Source: Acidimicrobiia bacterium (lineage in GTDB: Bacteria; Actinomycetota; Acidimicrobiia; Spongiisociales; ZC4RG35). Taken from it: a stretch of 51,748 nucleotides of DNA. Within the stretch, counting starts at the first letter, position 1, and every line of letters begins with the position of its first letter. The notes under the pieces were generated by a model that saw only the letters and a program-made list of their open reading frames with translations, had not been told where the DNA came from and did no database searches. Positions 27,916-36,730 of this stretch are shown here, piece after piece. The DNA is taken from NCBI GenBank assembly GCA_036396635.1, contig DASWKM010000178.1, positions 1 through 51,748 on the forward strand, written 5' to 3'. Both the position numbers and the translations under genes were made by a program.

Positions 27916-29106
27916 GTGTGGACAGAGCCGATTCTCCACGTCGACATGGATTCGTTCTTTGTCGAGGTCGAACGACTCGACGAGCCCCGGCTCCGCGACA
28001 TCCCGGTGGCCGTTGGGGGTGGAGGGCCAAGGGGTGTCATTGCCAGTGCCTCTTATGAGGCACGCTCATTCGGTGTTCGGTCGGCACAACCAACCTCGAC
28101 TGCTCGTCGTCTCTGCCCGCACCTGACCCTGGTGCCCACTCGCCACGGCCGCTACTCCGAGGTGTCTTCCCAAGTGTTCGCCATATTCCGGGCGTTCACA
28201 CCGCTGGTTGAGGGGTTGAGCCTCGACGAGGCGTTCCTTGACGTGAGCGGGCTCCGTCTTCACTACGACTCACCGGTCCAGGTCGCCGAGTCCGTCAGGG
28301 GTCGCATTCGATCGGAGCTTCGGCTACCCGCGTCCGTCGGTGTCGCATCGGTCAAGTTCGTCGCAAAACTCGCCTCGGAGCGGGCCAAACCGGACGGGAT
28401 CCTCCACGTACCGGCAGAGGGTGTCATCGAATTCCTCCACGGACTTCCCGTCACCGCGGTGTGGGGGGTGGGGCCTGCCACCCATGCCGCCCTCGCCAGA
28501 TTGGGTGTGGAAACCGTTGGTGACATTGCAGCCGTTCCCAGATCGGCATTGGTCGCTGCGGTTGGCCCGACGACCGGAGACCACCTTCACCAGCTCTCAA
28601 ACGGTTGTGACCCACGTCCCGTCGTCCCTGACAGCTCGGCGAAGTCGATTTCGGTTGAGGAGACCTACGAGAGCGATCTGGTCGGAGTCGAAGTGATGGA
28701 GACGGCGTTGTTGAATCTCGCCGAGCGCCTCTCCGGGAGGCTGCGACGCGCCGGGCTGCGTGCCCGGACGATCACGCTCAAGCTGCGTTACGAGGACTTC
28801 ACCAGATTGAGCCGGTCGGTGACCGTGCCCGGCGGCACCAACGGATCGCGACAGCTGTTCCTGATTGCTGTCGAGCTCCTGAGTGCTCTGGGGGTGAAGC
28901 GTCCCGTGCGCCTGTTGGGTCTGGGTGGCGGATCATTCGAAGATGCCGAGGGGCCACAGCAAATGGACCTCGAATCGAGGCGCGGGTGGGACCGTGTCGA
29001 GGAGGCTGTGGCCGAGGTGCGAGACCGGTTTGGCGATGGAGCGGTCACTCCCGCCCGGCTGGCCCGGCGGCGAGAAGCAGGTCGCGACAAAGATGTACCC
29101 TCCTGA
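27916..29106 (+). CDS. dinB: DNA polymerase IV (Y-family)
   Basis: ILHVDMDSFFVEVE...SASYEARSFGVRS...SLDEAFLDV. Confidence 0.92.
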   Translation: MWTEPILHVDMDSFFVEVERLDEPRLRDIPVAVGGGGPRGVIASASYEARSFGVRSAQPTSTARRLCPHLTLVPTRHGRYSEVSSQVFAIFRAFTPLVEGLSLDEAFLDVSGLRLHYDSPVQVAESVRGRIRSELRLPASVGVASVKFVAKLASERAKPDGILHVPAEGVIEFLHGLPVTAVWGVGPATHAALARLGVETVGDIAAVPRSALVAAVGPTTGDHLHQLSNGCDPRPVVPDSSAKSISVEETYESDLVGVEVMETALLNLAERLSGRLRRAGLRARTITLKLRYEDFTRLSRSVTVPGGTNGSRQLFLIAVELLSALGVKRPVRLLGLGGGSFEDAEGPQQMDLESRRGWDRVEEAVAEVRDRFGDGAVTPARLARRREAGRDKDVPS

Positions 29107-29168
29107 ATTTGTTGCCAACCGGGTGTATTGTCTCGGTAGGCAATCTTGGCAGATCGGTGTGGTGACCA

Positions 29169-29471
29169 ATGCCCTTGGATGACAAAGAGCAGCGCATCCT
29201 CGCTGAGATCGAGAAGCAGTTCTACGAGGAAAACCCTGAGCTGGCACGTGCGGTCAAGAAGATCGAGAAGCCCACGCGCGTCGGTGTTCGGCTCTCGCTG
29301 CTCGGGGTCATCGCCGGTCTCGCCCTGGTCATCGCATATGTCGACATCACCTGGATCGCCGTGGCCGGGTTCGCACTGCTGGTCGCCTCGGCGACCTCGC
29401 TGGTGAACGGCCTCCGTCTTCGCGGATGGCGATCGCAGCCAATCGAGTCAGACGACTCGATGACCGAGTAG
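29169..29471 (+). CDS. DUF3040 membrane protein
   Basis: MPLDDKEQRILAEIEKQFYEENPELARAV followed by two TM helices. This is the actinobacterial family often found near mraZ. Confidence 0.8.
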   Translation: MPLDDKEQRILAEIEKQFYEENPELARAVKKIEKPTRVGVRLSLLGVIAGLALVIAYVDITWIAVAGFALLVASATSLVNGLRLRGWRSQPIESDDSMTE

Positions 29472-29615
29472 CTTCGACAACCCCCGAACTGCGACTCCGC
29501 CTCGAACCCGCTAGTGTTCCCGCCCCCGTTGGCCGTCTCCCCGGGCAGGCGCCGGCCGTGTGGAGGACCGCCAGACCCCGCCCCGGGTCTGCAGACGAGG
29601 TTTTGGAAGGACGGA

Positions 29616-30113
29616 GTGGACCAAGCATTCACCGCCGAACAGGCATGTCGGCTGAGCAATTGCACACATCATCAGTTGCGCTATTGGGACAAGGTGGGTC
29701 TCGTCAAGCCCACTGTTCAGCCCACCGGCGGACGTCCCGGGGTGCGCCGGCTCTACTCCTTCCGTGATCTGGTCGCTCTCCGCGTCGTGCGCGGTCTCCT
29801 CGACAACGGGATGTCACTGCAGAGGGTGAGACGGGCATGGGACTATCTACGACGAGAAGGCGACATGGAGAATCACCTCTCCGACGTCAAGCTGGTCACC
29901 GACGGCAAGAGCATCTTTCGGGTCAGCAGCGACGAAGGTGAGTTGATGGACGCGCTGCGTGAGGGCCAACTGGCGTTCTTCGTCGCCATCGACCAGATCA
30001 CCCGGGAAGTCGAGGAGGACGTCACCCGATTCGAGCTCGATCGGGAGAACTTCCTCAACATGCTGCGCCGGGTCGAGGAGGACGTCGAAGAGGAGCGCCG
30101 GGCCTCCGGCTAG
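29616..30113 (+). CDS. MerR-family transcriptional regulator
   Basis: The HTH reads FTAEQACRLSNCTHHQLRYWDKVGLVKP...RLYSFRDLVALRVV. GTG 29616 is preceded by GGAAGGACGGAG. The track ORF starts at GTG 29514, but that extension is Pro/Arg-rich. Confidence 0.75.
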   Translation: MDQAFTAEQACRLSNCTHHQLRYWDKVGLVKPTVQPTGGRPGVRRLYSFRDLVALRVVRGLLDNGMSLQRVRRAWDYLRREGDMENHLSDVKLVTDGKSIFRVSSDEGELMDALREGQLAFFVAIDQITREVEEDVTRFELDRENFLNMLRRVEEDVEEERRASG

Positions 30114-30121
30114 CCGCCGGG

Positions 30122-32479
30122 TCACTCCCTCCGGAGCAGTGAGCGCGGATTGATCGCGGCCCGGGCACGGCTCGGCCCGTCGAAATGTTGGTCGATCCAC
30201 CACTCCACCACGAACAGGTCTGACTCCTGCGCCTGTCCCGAGCGCCCCCCATACACCGTCGACGAATAGCTCCGTGCCAGTGGGAGAAGCGCCATGTCGG
30301 TCGACCGTGCCAGCTCGAGCGGGGTGTACGACGCCGGCAGGTCTTCGCCGAGGTCCATGAGCCGATCGACGATCTCGTCCCAAGCCGCGGTGATATCGCC
30401 TCTGCGGACCCGGGCCAGCCTCCGTCTCCGTCGTATTCGCTTGACCAGCGGGACGAGCCCGAGGATCGGGATCGAGCCGACGATTCCGATCAACCACCAG
30501 CGCGGGCTCGGTGCCAGGCCCACCGGTGGCTCCTCGCCGAATTGACCGAGGTCTTCGCCCAACCCGGAATTGTCCTCGGGCCTGGGGAGATCGGCTCCGG
30601 TATCGATCTCCGGAACGTATTCGGTTGGGTCGAAGTCATCGGTGACGCTCGGCGGCTGGAACTCGTTTCTGGGTGTCGGGTCGAACTGGACCCAGCCGTA
30701 AGGGTCGAGCCACACCTCGACCCAGGCATGGGCGTTGGTGTCCCGCACCGTGATCAGCTGGGTCCCGTCCTGTTGAGTCGACACCTCGCCTGGTGTGAAC
30801 CCCCACACCACCCGGCTTGGAATCGCGAGGGCGCGGGTCAGGACAGCCATCGCCGCGGCGAATTGCTCGCAATAACCGGTGCGGTAGTTCGTCGATGCGG
30901 GGTCGGTGAGCCAATCGGCGAGGATCAACGCGTCATGACCGGTGTCGACGTCGGTCGAGTAGGTGAACGCCCCGCTGTCCCGAAACCAGGCCTGGAGCAT
31001 CCACGCCTTCTCATAGTCGGTCGTTGCCCCCCGCACCCGGGCTGCAGCGATTCCACGCAATGCCGATGGCGTGTTGTCCGGCAACGCCCTGTAGAAGTCG
31101 AGGTTGGGGGGGACCGCCGGCTCTCTATCGACCACACGTGGCTCCTGGAGGAACACACCGTCCGCCGCTGCATTGCGGAACATCGGGGTCAGTTGCCCGT
31201 CCTCGCCGGTGGCCAGCGCACCGATGTCGGCGGTCCGGTCCGCAGTCAACGACCGCACCTGATAGGTGTCGTCCTGGTCCAAGCCCGATGGCGTCATGAG
31301 CGAGGCATCGGGGAACGAATGGAACTCGGTGGGGCGGCGTGGATTGGTCTCCGAGACATCGGGAGGGTTCTGGATCGCGAGTGGGACCCCGGCGGTCGGG
31401 GCGAGGTAGCTGTCCAACTCGTCGATCTGGACCAATTGGAGGAAGTCGTAGCTGGTTCCCTGATAGATGTCGTGGTCGGTGGCCAGTGGCTGGTCGGGCT
31501 GATAGACCTCGAGGCTAGGATCGGATCTCCGCCATGTCTCCCCGTCGAACACATCGAGTGTCGCCATGCGCCAGTAGATCTCGTTGGCCGCCGGCGCGTT
31601 GCCGCTCACGGTGGCCTTGAACAGGGGGATCCGACTTCGATTGATGACACGCTGGCGCAGATCGACGAGACCATCGAATCGGACACCCCCACCGCCCGAT
31701 CCGCTGCCGAAGCCGCTTCCGCCTCCCCACCACTTGTTGCCATACTCGTCGATGACGGTCGACGCGTTTCCGGCCAGGGTCAGCGATCCGACTCCAAGCA
31801 CGGCAGCCATGGCGACCGCGAGACCCGTGGCCCGCCGCGCCATCGGGTGCCCACTGACGTCTCGGGCACGGCCGGTCTCCTGACGACGCTCGAGCGCCAT
31901 CGCCAAGACCGAGATGCCGAGCACCAGCGCCGAGGCGCCGAGCCAGCCCATACCGGCTTCGACGCGATCGAAGACGGCGAATTGGAAGTACATCACGAGC
32001 GAGGGGAGGAACATCGCGGCGTAGGGGCCTCGGGTGTACCCCCAGCTGAAGAGGGCGCCGACCACCCACATGACCACGGCGAGGATCGACACGAGACCGG
32101 GGTGGGGCACGACCGGTGGCACACCGCTGCGGATGATGCGAAACGCCAGATCGAGCTGACTTCCCATGGCCTCGATCGTCGAGCTGGTGGGGAGGATGCC
32201 CGCCGTCAACGTCTCCGGAGCGGTGATCCTCAGCGCCAGCACGAGCCCGGCCCCGCCGAGGACGACGAGCCTGACGGCGCGGCGGGTCGTGAGCTGGTCG
32301 ATGAGCCACCACACGACAGCGCCCAGGAAGGTCGACGCCACGAGGATTGCCTGCCACTGCGGATACTGCGGTCCGGCCTCGAGCAAACGCCCCAACCTGC
32401 CCATCGCCATGACAAAGGCAAGGGCCCCGGCTAGCTGACCGATTCGACGTCCCATGCGGCTCCGATCGAGGTCAGCCAC
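30122..32479 (-). CDS. Transglutaminase-domain membrane protein (TgpA-like: DUF3488 + TGase core + DUF4129-like C-terminus)
   Basis: Multi-TM N-terminus and a TGase catalytic Cys block YRTGYCEQFAAAMAVLTRALAIPSRVVWGF. 785 aa. Confidence 0.88.
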   Translation of the reverse strand: MADLDRSRMGRRIGQLAGALAFVMAMGRLGRLLEAGPQYPQWQAILVASTFLGAVVWWLIDQLTTRRAVRLVVLGGAGLVLALRITAPETLTAGILPTSSTIEAMGSQLDLAFRIIRSGVPPVVPHPGLVSILAVVMWVVGALFSWGYTRGPYAAMFLPSLVMYFQFAVFDRVEAGMGWLGASALVLGISVLAMALERRQETGRARDVSGHPMARRATGLAVAMAAVLGVGSLTLAGNASTVIDEYGNKWWGGGSGFGSGSGGGGVRFDGLVDLRQRVINRSRIPLFKATVSGNAPAANEIYWRMATLDVFDGETWRRSDPSLEVYQPDQPLATDHDIYQGTSYDFLQLVQIDELDSYLAPTAGVPLAIQNPPDVSETNPRRPTEFHSFPDASLMTPSGLDQDDTYQVRSLTADRTADIGALATGEDGQLTPMFRNAAADGVFLQEPRVVDREPAVPPNLDFYRALPDNTPSALRGIAAARVRGATTDYEKAWMLQAWFRDSGAFTYSTDVDTGHDALILADWLTDPASTNYRTGYCEQFAAAMAVLTRALAIPSRVVWGFTPGEVSTQQDGTQLITVRDTNAHAWVEVWLDPYGWVQFDPTPRNEFQPPSVTDDFDPTEYVPEIDTGADLPRPEDNSGLGEDLGQFGEEPPVGLAPSPRWWLIGIVGSIPILGLVPLVKRIRRRRRLARVRRGDITAAWDEIVDRLMDLGEDLPASYTPLELARSTDMALLPLARSYSSTVYGGRSGQAQESDLFVVEWWIDQHFDGPSRARAAINPRSLLRRE

Positions 32480-33609
32480 TCATGCGCCCAGGATCCTCCG
32501 GGCGCAACGGTGACCGTGATCACTCCCAACCGGTGAAAACCGGCGAGGGTTTGTGCTGTCGTGCTGGCCGCCCCCAACAAGACGGTGGTCGGATAGTCAC
32601 GAGCGAGCAACTGTTGGACATTGATCAGCGTTCGGTCCGCGGTACCGGTGACGATGGCGAGGGCGCCGCCGCCGCCTTTGTGCCTGATGTGAGTAGCGAC
32701 CGAGTTGAGATCGATGTCGGCGTCTCGTTGGACCAGGGCGAGGCGCTCCATCGCCGCCCCGTATTTCGACGCGTCGATGGCGTGTGGCTCGCCGGCCCAC
32801 AAGTCGGCGTCGAAGCCGGATCGGACCAGATGGGTGACGACGCTCGCGGCCCCGGACACGGCGGTCTCGAATGCGTCCGAGGATTCGTAGACGTCTGGTC
32901 TGACATCGAGCAAGACAAGGGCACGCGACTGCCATGGCGTCTCCAATTGCCGGATCATCAGTTGGTCGGTCTTGGCAGAGGATGGCCAATGAACCCGGCG
33001 CAGGTCGTCTCCCAGTTGATACTCGCGGAGCGTGTAGAAGTCCTCTCCACCGCGTTGTGAGTGCTCGGGCCGTGACGCCGCCATGGACGGGTCCTGGCCG
33101 CGTACCAGGGGAAAGCCGGACAACTTCTCCACTGTGGGGTAGACCACCAGCTGATCGACCGACCCATCGGAAGCGATGAGCTCCGCCAGACCAAGGGGGT
33201 CCGCGGCGACGACGTGTGAGGGGCCGACCCGATAGACGCCACGGGGCCGGCACATCACCCGATAGCTGGCCGTGGCCGTGGCCTCGGCCTTGATGCCCGC
33301 GATCTCGAAGGTGGCGGTTCCGAGACTCTCGACTTCGTCGACGACCGACAAGTTGCGAATCACCCGCGTCCCCGAGTTGCGCAAGGCAAGAGTCACCTGG
33401 ATCGTGTCACCGCTGTGGACAGCGGTGGTCCCGAGACGACGTCCGATGCTGAGGGCAGGGCGGTGGAGGCGAACATAGCCGACGGCCAGCACCAACCCCA
33501 CGACGAAGAAGGACCCGGCGAGGAGCAACTCCTCGTCGCCAAGCAGGTACCAGAGAACCACCAGAGCGAGACCGGCGCCGAGAAGTGCCCAGCCGCGCGT
33601 GGTCGGCAT
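32431..33609 (-). CDS. DUF58 (vWA-like) protein
   Basis: Two N-terminal TM helices and the DUF58 core DFYTLREYQLGDDLRRVHWPSSAKT. ATGA overlap with moxR. Confidence 0.85.
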   Translation of the reverse strand: MPTTRGWALLGAGLALVVLWYLLGDEELLLAGSFFVVGLVLAVGYVRLHRPALSIGRRLGTTAVHSGDTIQVTLALRNSGTRVIRNLSVVDEVESLGTATFEIAGIKAEATATASYRVMCRPRGVYRVGPSHVVAADPLGLAELIASDGSVDQLVVYPTVEKLSGFPLVRGQDPSMAASRPEHSQRGGEDFYTLREYQLGDDLRRVHWPSSAKTDQLMIRQLETPWQSRALVLLDVRPDVYESSDAFETAVSGAASVVTHLVRSGFDADLWAGEPHAIDASKYGAAMERLALVQRDADIDLNSVATHIRHKGGGGALAIVTGTADRTLINVQQLLARDYPTTVLLGAASTTAQTLAGFHRLGVITVTVAPGGSWAHEWLTSIGAAWDVESVS

Positions 33610-34589
33610 CAGGTGGCGATCCGCGACGTGGTCCCGGGAACGCGGATCCTTCCCATCACGTCATCGATGACGCCTGAGATCGTCTCCCCTCTCATATGTG
33701 CCTCGGGGCGAAGGGTGAGACGATGCTCGAGCACCGGTGGGGCCAGTTCTTTGATGTCGTCCGGCATGACGTAGTCACGGCCGTTGGCGGCAGCCCGACT
33801 CCTGGCGATCCTCTGCAGGAAGAGGGCCGAGCGCGGCGAGGCGCCCAACATGACATCGGGATGGAGCCTGGTTCCCTCTATGAGGTCGACGACGTAGTTC
33901 TTCACAGAAGACGACACAGCGACGGTTCGGGCGATGTGGATCATCTCCATGACCTCAGAGAGGGTGGCCACGGCCTCCAGATCGTGGAAGGTGGAGCGGA
34001 CCCCGTGGGTGTCGAGCATCTCGAGCTCCTTGTCCCGACTGGGGTAGCCGATGACAACGCGCATCATGAATCTGTCCAGCTGAGCCTCGGGGAGGGGATA
34101 GGTGCCCTCGTGCTCGAGGGGGTTCTGGGTGGCGATGACCATGAACGGTGGTTCGAGGACCCGTGTCACTCCATCCGACGTGACCTGGCGCTCCTCCATC
34201 GCCTCGAGAAGAGCCGACTGAGTCTTGGGGCTTGCCCGGTTGATCTCATCCCCAACGACGATGTTGGCGAATATCGGGCCCTTCTTGAACTCGAACTCGC
34301 CCTCGTGGCGGTCCCACACCGAAACACCCGTGACGTCCGAGGGGAGCAGGTCTGGAGTGAACTGCACCCGGTGAAACTCCCCATGGATGGATCTGGCCAG
34401 TGACTTGGCGAGCTGGGTCTTGCCCACACCAGGCACGTCCTCGATGAGCACATGCCCCTCGGAGACCATGGCGAGGACCGTCAGCTCGATCACATCACGT
34501 TTGCCTTGAATCACCGTCTCTACATTGGTGGCGATGCGATTGAACCGCTCGCCGAATGTCTCTATTGAGTTGACTGACGGGTCGGCCAA
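33609..34589 (-). CDS. MoxR-family AAA+ ATPase
   Basis: GHVLIEDVPGVGKTQLAKSLA (Walker A), VGDEINRASPKTQSALLEAMEE (Walker B/sensor), VIATQNP. Confidence 0.92.
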   Translation of the reverse strand: MADPSVNSIETFGERFNRIATNVETVIQGKRDVIELTVLAMVSEGHVLIEDVPGVGKTQLAKSLARSIHGEFHRVQFTPDLLPSDVTGVSVWDRHEGEFEFKKGPIFANIVVGDEINRASPKTQSALLEAMEERQVTSDGVTRVLEPPFMVIATQNPLEHEGTYPLPEAQLDRFMMRVVIGYPSRDKELEMLDTHGVRSTFHDLEAVATLSEVMEMIHIARTVAVSSSVKNYVVDLIEGTRLHPDVMLGASPRSALFLQRIARSRAAANGRDYVMPDDIKELAPPVLEHRLTLRPEAHMRGETISGVIDDVMGRIRVPGTTSRIAT

Positions 34590-34603
34590 ACCCTTTCCCT
34601 CCG

Positions 34604-34939
34604 TTGTCAGGGTGGCGAACTTTAACTGTCAATGGGAGATGCGAGCGCTACGCTGACGTGCCGGCGGGCAGCCCAAGAGCTCGGGAGGCGACGTTGGCCC
34701 TTGACCGCGGAGCGATCACGGCTCTGCTGAGACACCCGGTGCTTTGCTGGGAGGCGTTGCGGACGTGGATGGCGATGCGTCGACGTGGGGGAGTGGGGTT
34801 ATCGGTGGGGTATATCGACTGGAGAGCCTTCACCGCATACGGTGACAATCTGACTGCCGTGAGTGGTGAGGATCTGGTTAACTATCTGGCGTGGCGTAGG
34901 GGTATGCGCCGTGTTCGTAAGTGGGAGCGGGTGGCGTGA
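34604..34939 (+). CDS. Hypothetical protein (start uncertain; TTG 34694 with a GGGAGG Shine-Dalgarno is an alternative)
   Basis: The open frame has a plausible amino-acid composition (W/R-rich C-terminus) but no recognisable family. Its stop overlaps the next start (GTGA). Confidence 0.35.
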   Translation: MSGWRTLTVNGRCERYADVPAGSPRAREATLALDRGAITALLRHPVLCWEALRTWMAMRRRGGVGLSVGYIDWRAFTAYGDNLTAVSGEDLVNYLAWRRGMRRVRKWERVA

Positions 34940-35493
34940 GGTCGAGTCTCGTTAGTCGGCTCGAGGACATCCCGGGTGTGGCTTCGGTCGTGGTCGATCT
35001 GGAGGGATTCGGTCGCGGGATCGACGTGCGGCTCAGCCCGGGTGCGGATGAGGTGGCCGTGATGGAGCAGATGCACGCCCTGCTCGCCGCCTACGGTGTG
35101 AAGAAGGATCGGCCTCCCCCCCTCAATGTGGGCCGTTCCGAGACAAGCCCGGCTCTGGGTGTCGAGGTGGTGATCACCCCCATCAAAAGGGGTGCGCGCA
35201 TCGAGGTGGCCACTCCAACGGTCCGCTCGTTTCGAGTCGTGGCTGCGAACCCGATCTCGGTGGTGCAGGGCCTGGCGGACGCCTGGTGTCAAGTGGTTGG
35301 GCGTATTCCGATCGAGATACTCACGGTGTCCGTGGATGCCGATGGCCTGCTCGTCATTCGCGCCTCCGATGGCGAGAAGGAGAACGAAGCATCGGCGCGG
35401 ACCTCCGAGGGCTGGGTCGAGGCCTTGATCAGTGCCGTAGCCGGTGTCATCGAGGTCATTAGACCGCACAAGGCGAACCGGATCGCCCACTGA
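34936..35493 (+). CDS. Hypothetical protein, about 185 aa, two small alpha/beta-looking halves
   Basis: VRSSLVSRLEDIPGVASVVVDLEGFGRGIDVRLSPGADEV.... Composition is coding-like, whereas the antisense 219-aa ORF is R/H-rich junk. No family recognised. Confidence 0.5.
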   Translation: MRSSLVSRLEDIPGVASVVVDLEGFGRGIDVRLSPGADEVAVMEQMHALLAAYGVKKDRPPPLNVGRSETSPALGVEVVITPIKRGARIEVATPTVRSFRVVAANPISVVQGLADAWCQVVGRIPIEILTVSVDADGLLVIRASDGEKENEASARTSEGWVEALISAVAGVIEVIRPHKANRIAH

Positions 35494-35558
35494 ACGTAAA
35501 ACCGTTGGTTTTGCCAGCCTCCGCCTCCGATTACCCTTCACCGCGGTAAGTCTGTCAG

Positions 35559-36062
35559 ATGACCAGAGCTCTTGTGCTGAACGCGAGTTACGAGCCGTTG
35601 TCGGTGGTGAGCGAACGGCGCGCAGTCGTGCTCGTCCTCAACCAGAAGGCCACCTTGGTGGTCGGCAGAGACGAGATTTGGTCTTCGGAGTCGACAATGG
35701 TCGAGTTGCCATCGGTCGTTCGCCTCAACAGGTATGTCAACGTGCCTTATCGCCGGGCGGTGCCGGTCACCCGCCGGGCGGTCTTCGGCAGAGACGGCCA
35801 CATCTGTCAGTACTGCGGTGGGCCGGCCGAGTCGATCGATCATGTTCAGCCCAGGTCGAAGGGCGGCGATCACACCTGGGAGAACGTCGTGGCGTGTTGT
35901 CGCTCCTGCAATGTGCGCAAGGGGAACAGGACTCCGGCGGAGAGCGGGCTTCGGCTACTCACCCAACCCGGGCCACCGCGGCGCTTCGCCTGGATCTACG
36001 CATCTACCGGTTTCGAGGTCGACCCGTCCTGGCACCCATACCTTCTGGCTGAATCGGCGTAA
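35559..36062 (+). CDS. HNH endonuclease-family protein
   Basis: HICQYCGGPAESIDHVQPRSKGGDHTWENVVACCRSCNVRKGNR, i.e. HNH with a Cys4 zinc site. Confidence 0.88.
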   Translation: MTRALVLNASYEPLSVVSERRAVVLVLNQKATLVVGRDEIWSSESTMVELPSVVRLNRYVNVPYRRAVPVTRRAVFGRDGHICQYCGGPAESIDHVQPRSKGGDHTWENVVACCRSCNVRKGNRTPAESGLRLLTQPGPPRRFAWIYASTGFEVDPSWHPYLLAESA

Positions 36063-36140
36063 CCGGGCAACCGGACAGGCGTGAGGGGCTTCTGTATCTG
36101 GCGTGCACTGGTGCCTGCTGAGCACGGTTCCCGGTTCATC

Positions 36141-36166
36141 AGATCATCTCCAGAGATCATCTCCAG
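36141..36166. repeat. Perfect tandem duplication of a 13-bp unit AGATCATCTCCAG (x2)
   Basis: Read directly: 36141-36153 equals 36154-36166. Each unit contains the 9-bp palindrome AGATcATCT. It lies about 33 bp upstream of the putative mraZ -35 box. Confidence 0.9.
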
Positions 36167-36198
36167 AAACGAGATAGCACCGCTGTGGGCCAAAAAGG

Positions 36199-36230
36199 TT
36201 GACAAGTGGGGGGAAGTGGGCCATAGTGGC
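36199..36230 (+). promoter_or_regulatory. Putative Pmra promoter (TTGACA-17 nt-CATAGT) overlapped by three MraZ-box-like direct repeats
   Basis: TTGACA at 36199-36204, CATAGT at 36222-36227. AGTGGG / AGTGGG / AGTGGC occur at 36205, 36215 and 36225 with exact 10-bp spacing. The site lies about 60 nt upstream of the mraZ GTG. Confidence 0.6.
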
Positions 36231-36288
36231 AGACACGCCCCAGGCAGGAGGGGTAACGGACGGTGCAGACGAACGGAGACGAGCAGAA

Positions 36289-36702
36289 GTGTTCCTTGGC
36301 GAGTACTTCCACAGCCTCGATGGCAAAGGTCGAGTGGTCATGCCCTCCTCTTTTCGCCGTCGTCTCGAAGAAGGCTGTGTCATCACCAAGGGTCAGGATG
36401 GCCAGCTCGTCATCTTCGCTGCCGAGGATTTTCAAGAGAAGGCCTCCGAGGTGACAGAGCGGCCCCAGGACCGGAGCGGCCGTCGCTTCTCGAGGACGCT
36501 CTTTGCCGGTGCCGATCTGCAAAACCCGGACAAGTCGGGCCGCGTCCTCGTCAAAGAGGATCTGCGACGGTTCGCCTCCCTCGAGATGGGCACCGAGATC
36601 GCGGTCCTGGGTGTGTTCGACCACATCGAGCTTTGGGGGAAGGACCGCTATCTGGCCGAACGAGCCTCGAGTGATGAGAGCTATCTGGAAGAGGAGGACT
36701 GA
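36289..36702 (+). CDS. mraZ: Transcriptional regulator MraZ
   Basis: VFLGEYFHSLDGKGRVVMPSSFRR... plus a second DxxxR repeat (NPDKSGRVLV). The GTG start at 36289 gives 137 aa. The track ORF extends upstream to 36199. Confidence 0.92.
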   Translation: MFLGEYFHSLDGKGRVVMPSSFRRRLEEGCVITKGQDGQLVIFAAEDFQEKASEVTERPQDRSGRRFSRTLFAGADLQNPDKSGRVLVKEDLRRFASLEMGTEIAVLGVFDHIELWGKDRYLAERASSDESYLEEED

Positions 36703-36730
36703 GAGAAGGAGAGAATCCAAGGTTTGGGCT

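Noticed and set aside
29572-29591. Hairpin CAGACCC-cgcccc-GGGTCTG downstream of the DUF3040 gene
   Set aside because: I considered this as an intrinsic terminator. The short T-run (TTTT) starts 9 nt after the stem, and the element lies in the probable 5' leader of the MerR gene. That is too weak to call.
30542-32434. 630-aa plus-strand ORF opposite the transglutaminase gene
   Set aside because: It is antisense to a gene with TM helices and the TGase catalytic block. Its composition (R/G/H/E/D runs) is typical of non-coding antisense frames.
34882-35541. 219-aa minus-strand ORF opposite the second orphan gene
   Set aside because: The R/H-rich product is typical of antisense frames, whereas the plus-strand frame has normal protein composition.
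35559-36062. HNH gene as a homing endonuclease or mobile element
   Set aside because: I saw no flanking repeats, integrase/transposase genes, or clear compositional break. Small HNH/Cys4 proteins of this size are conserved chromosomal genes in many Actinomycetota.
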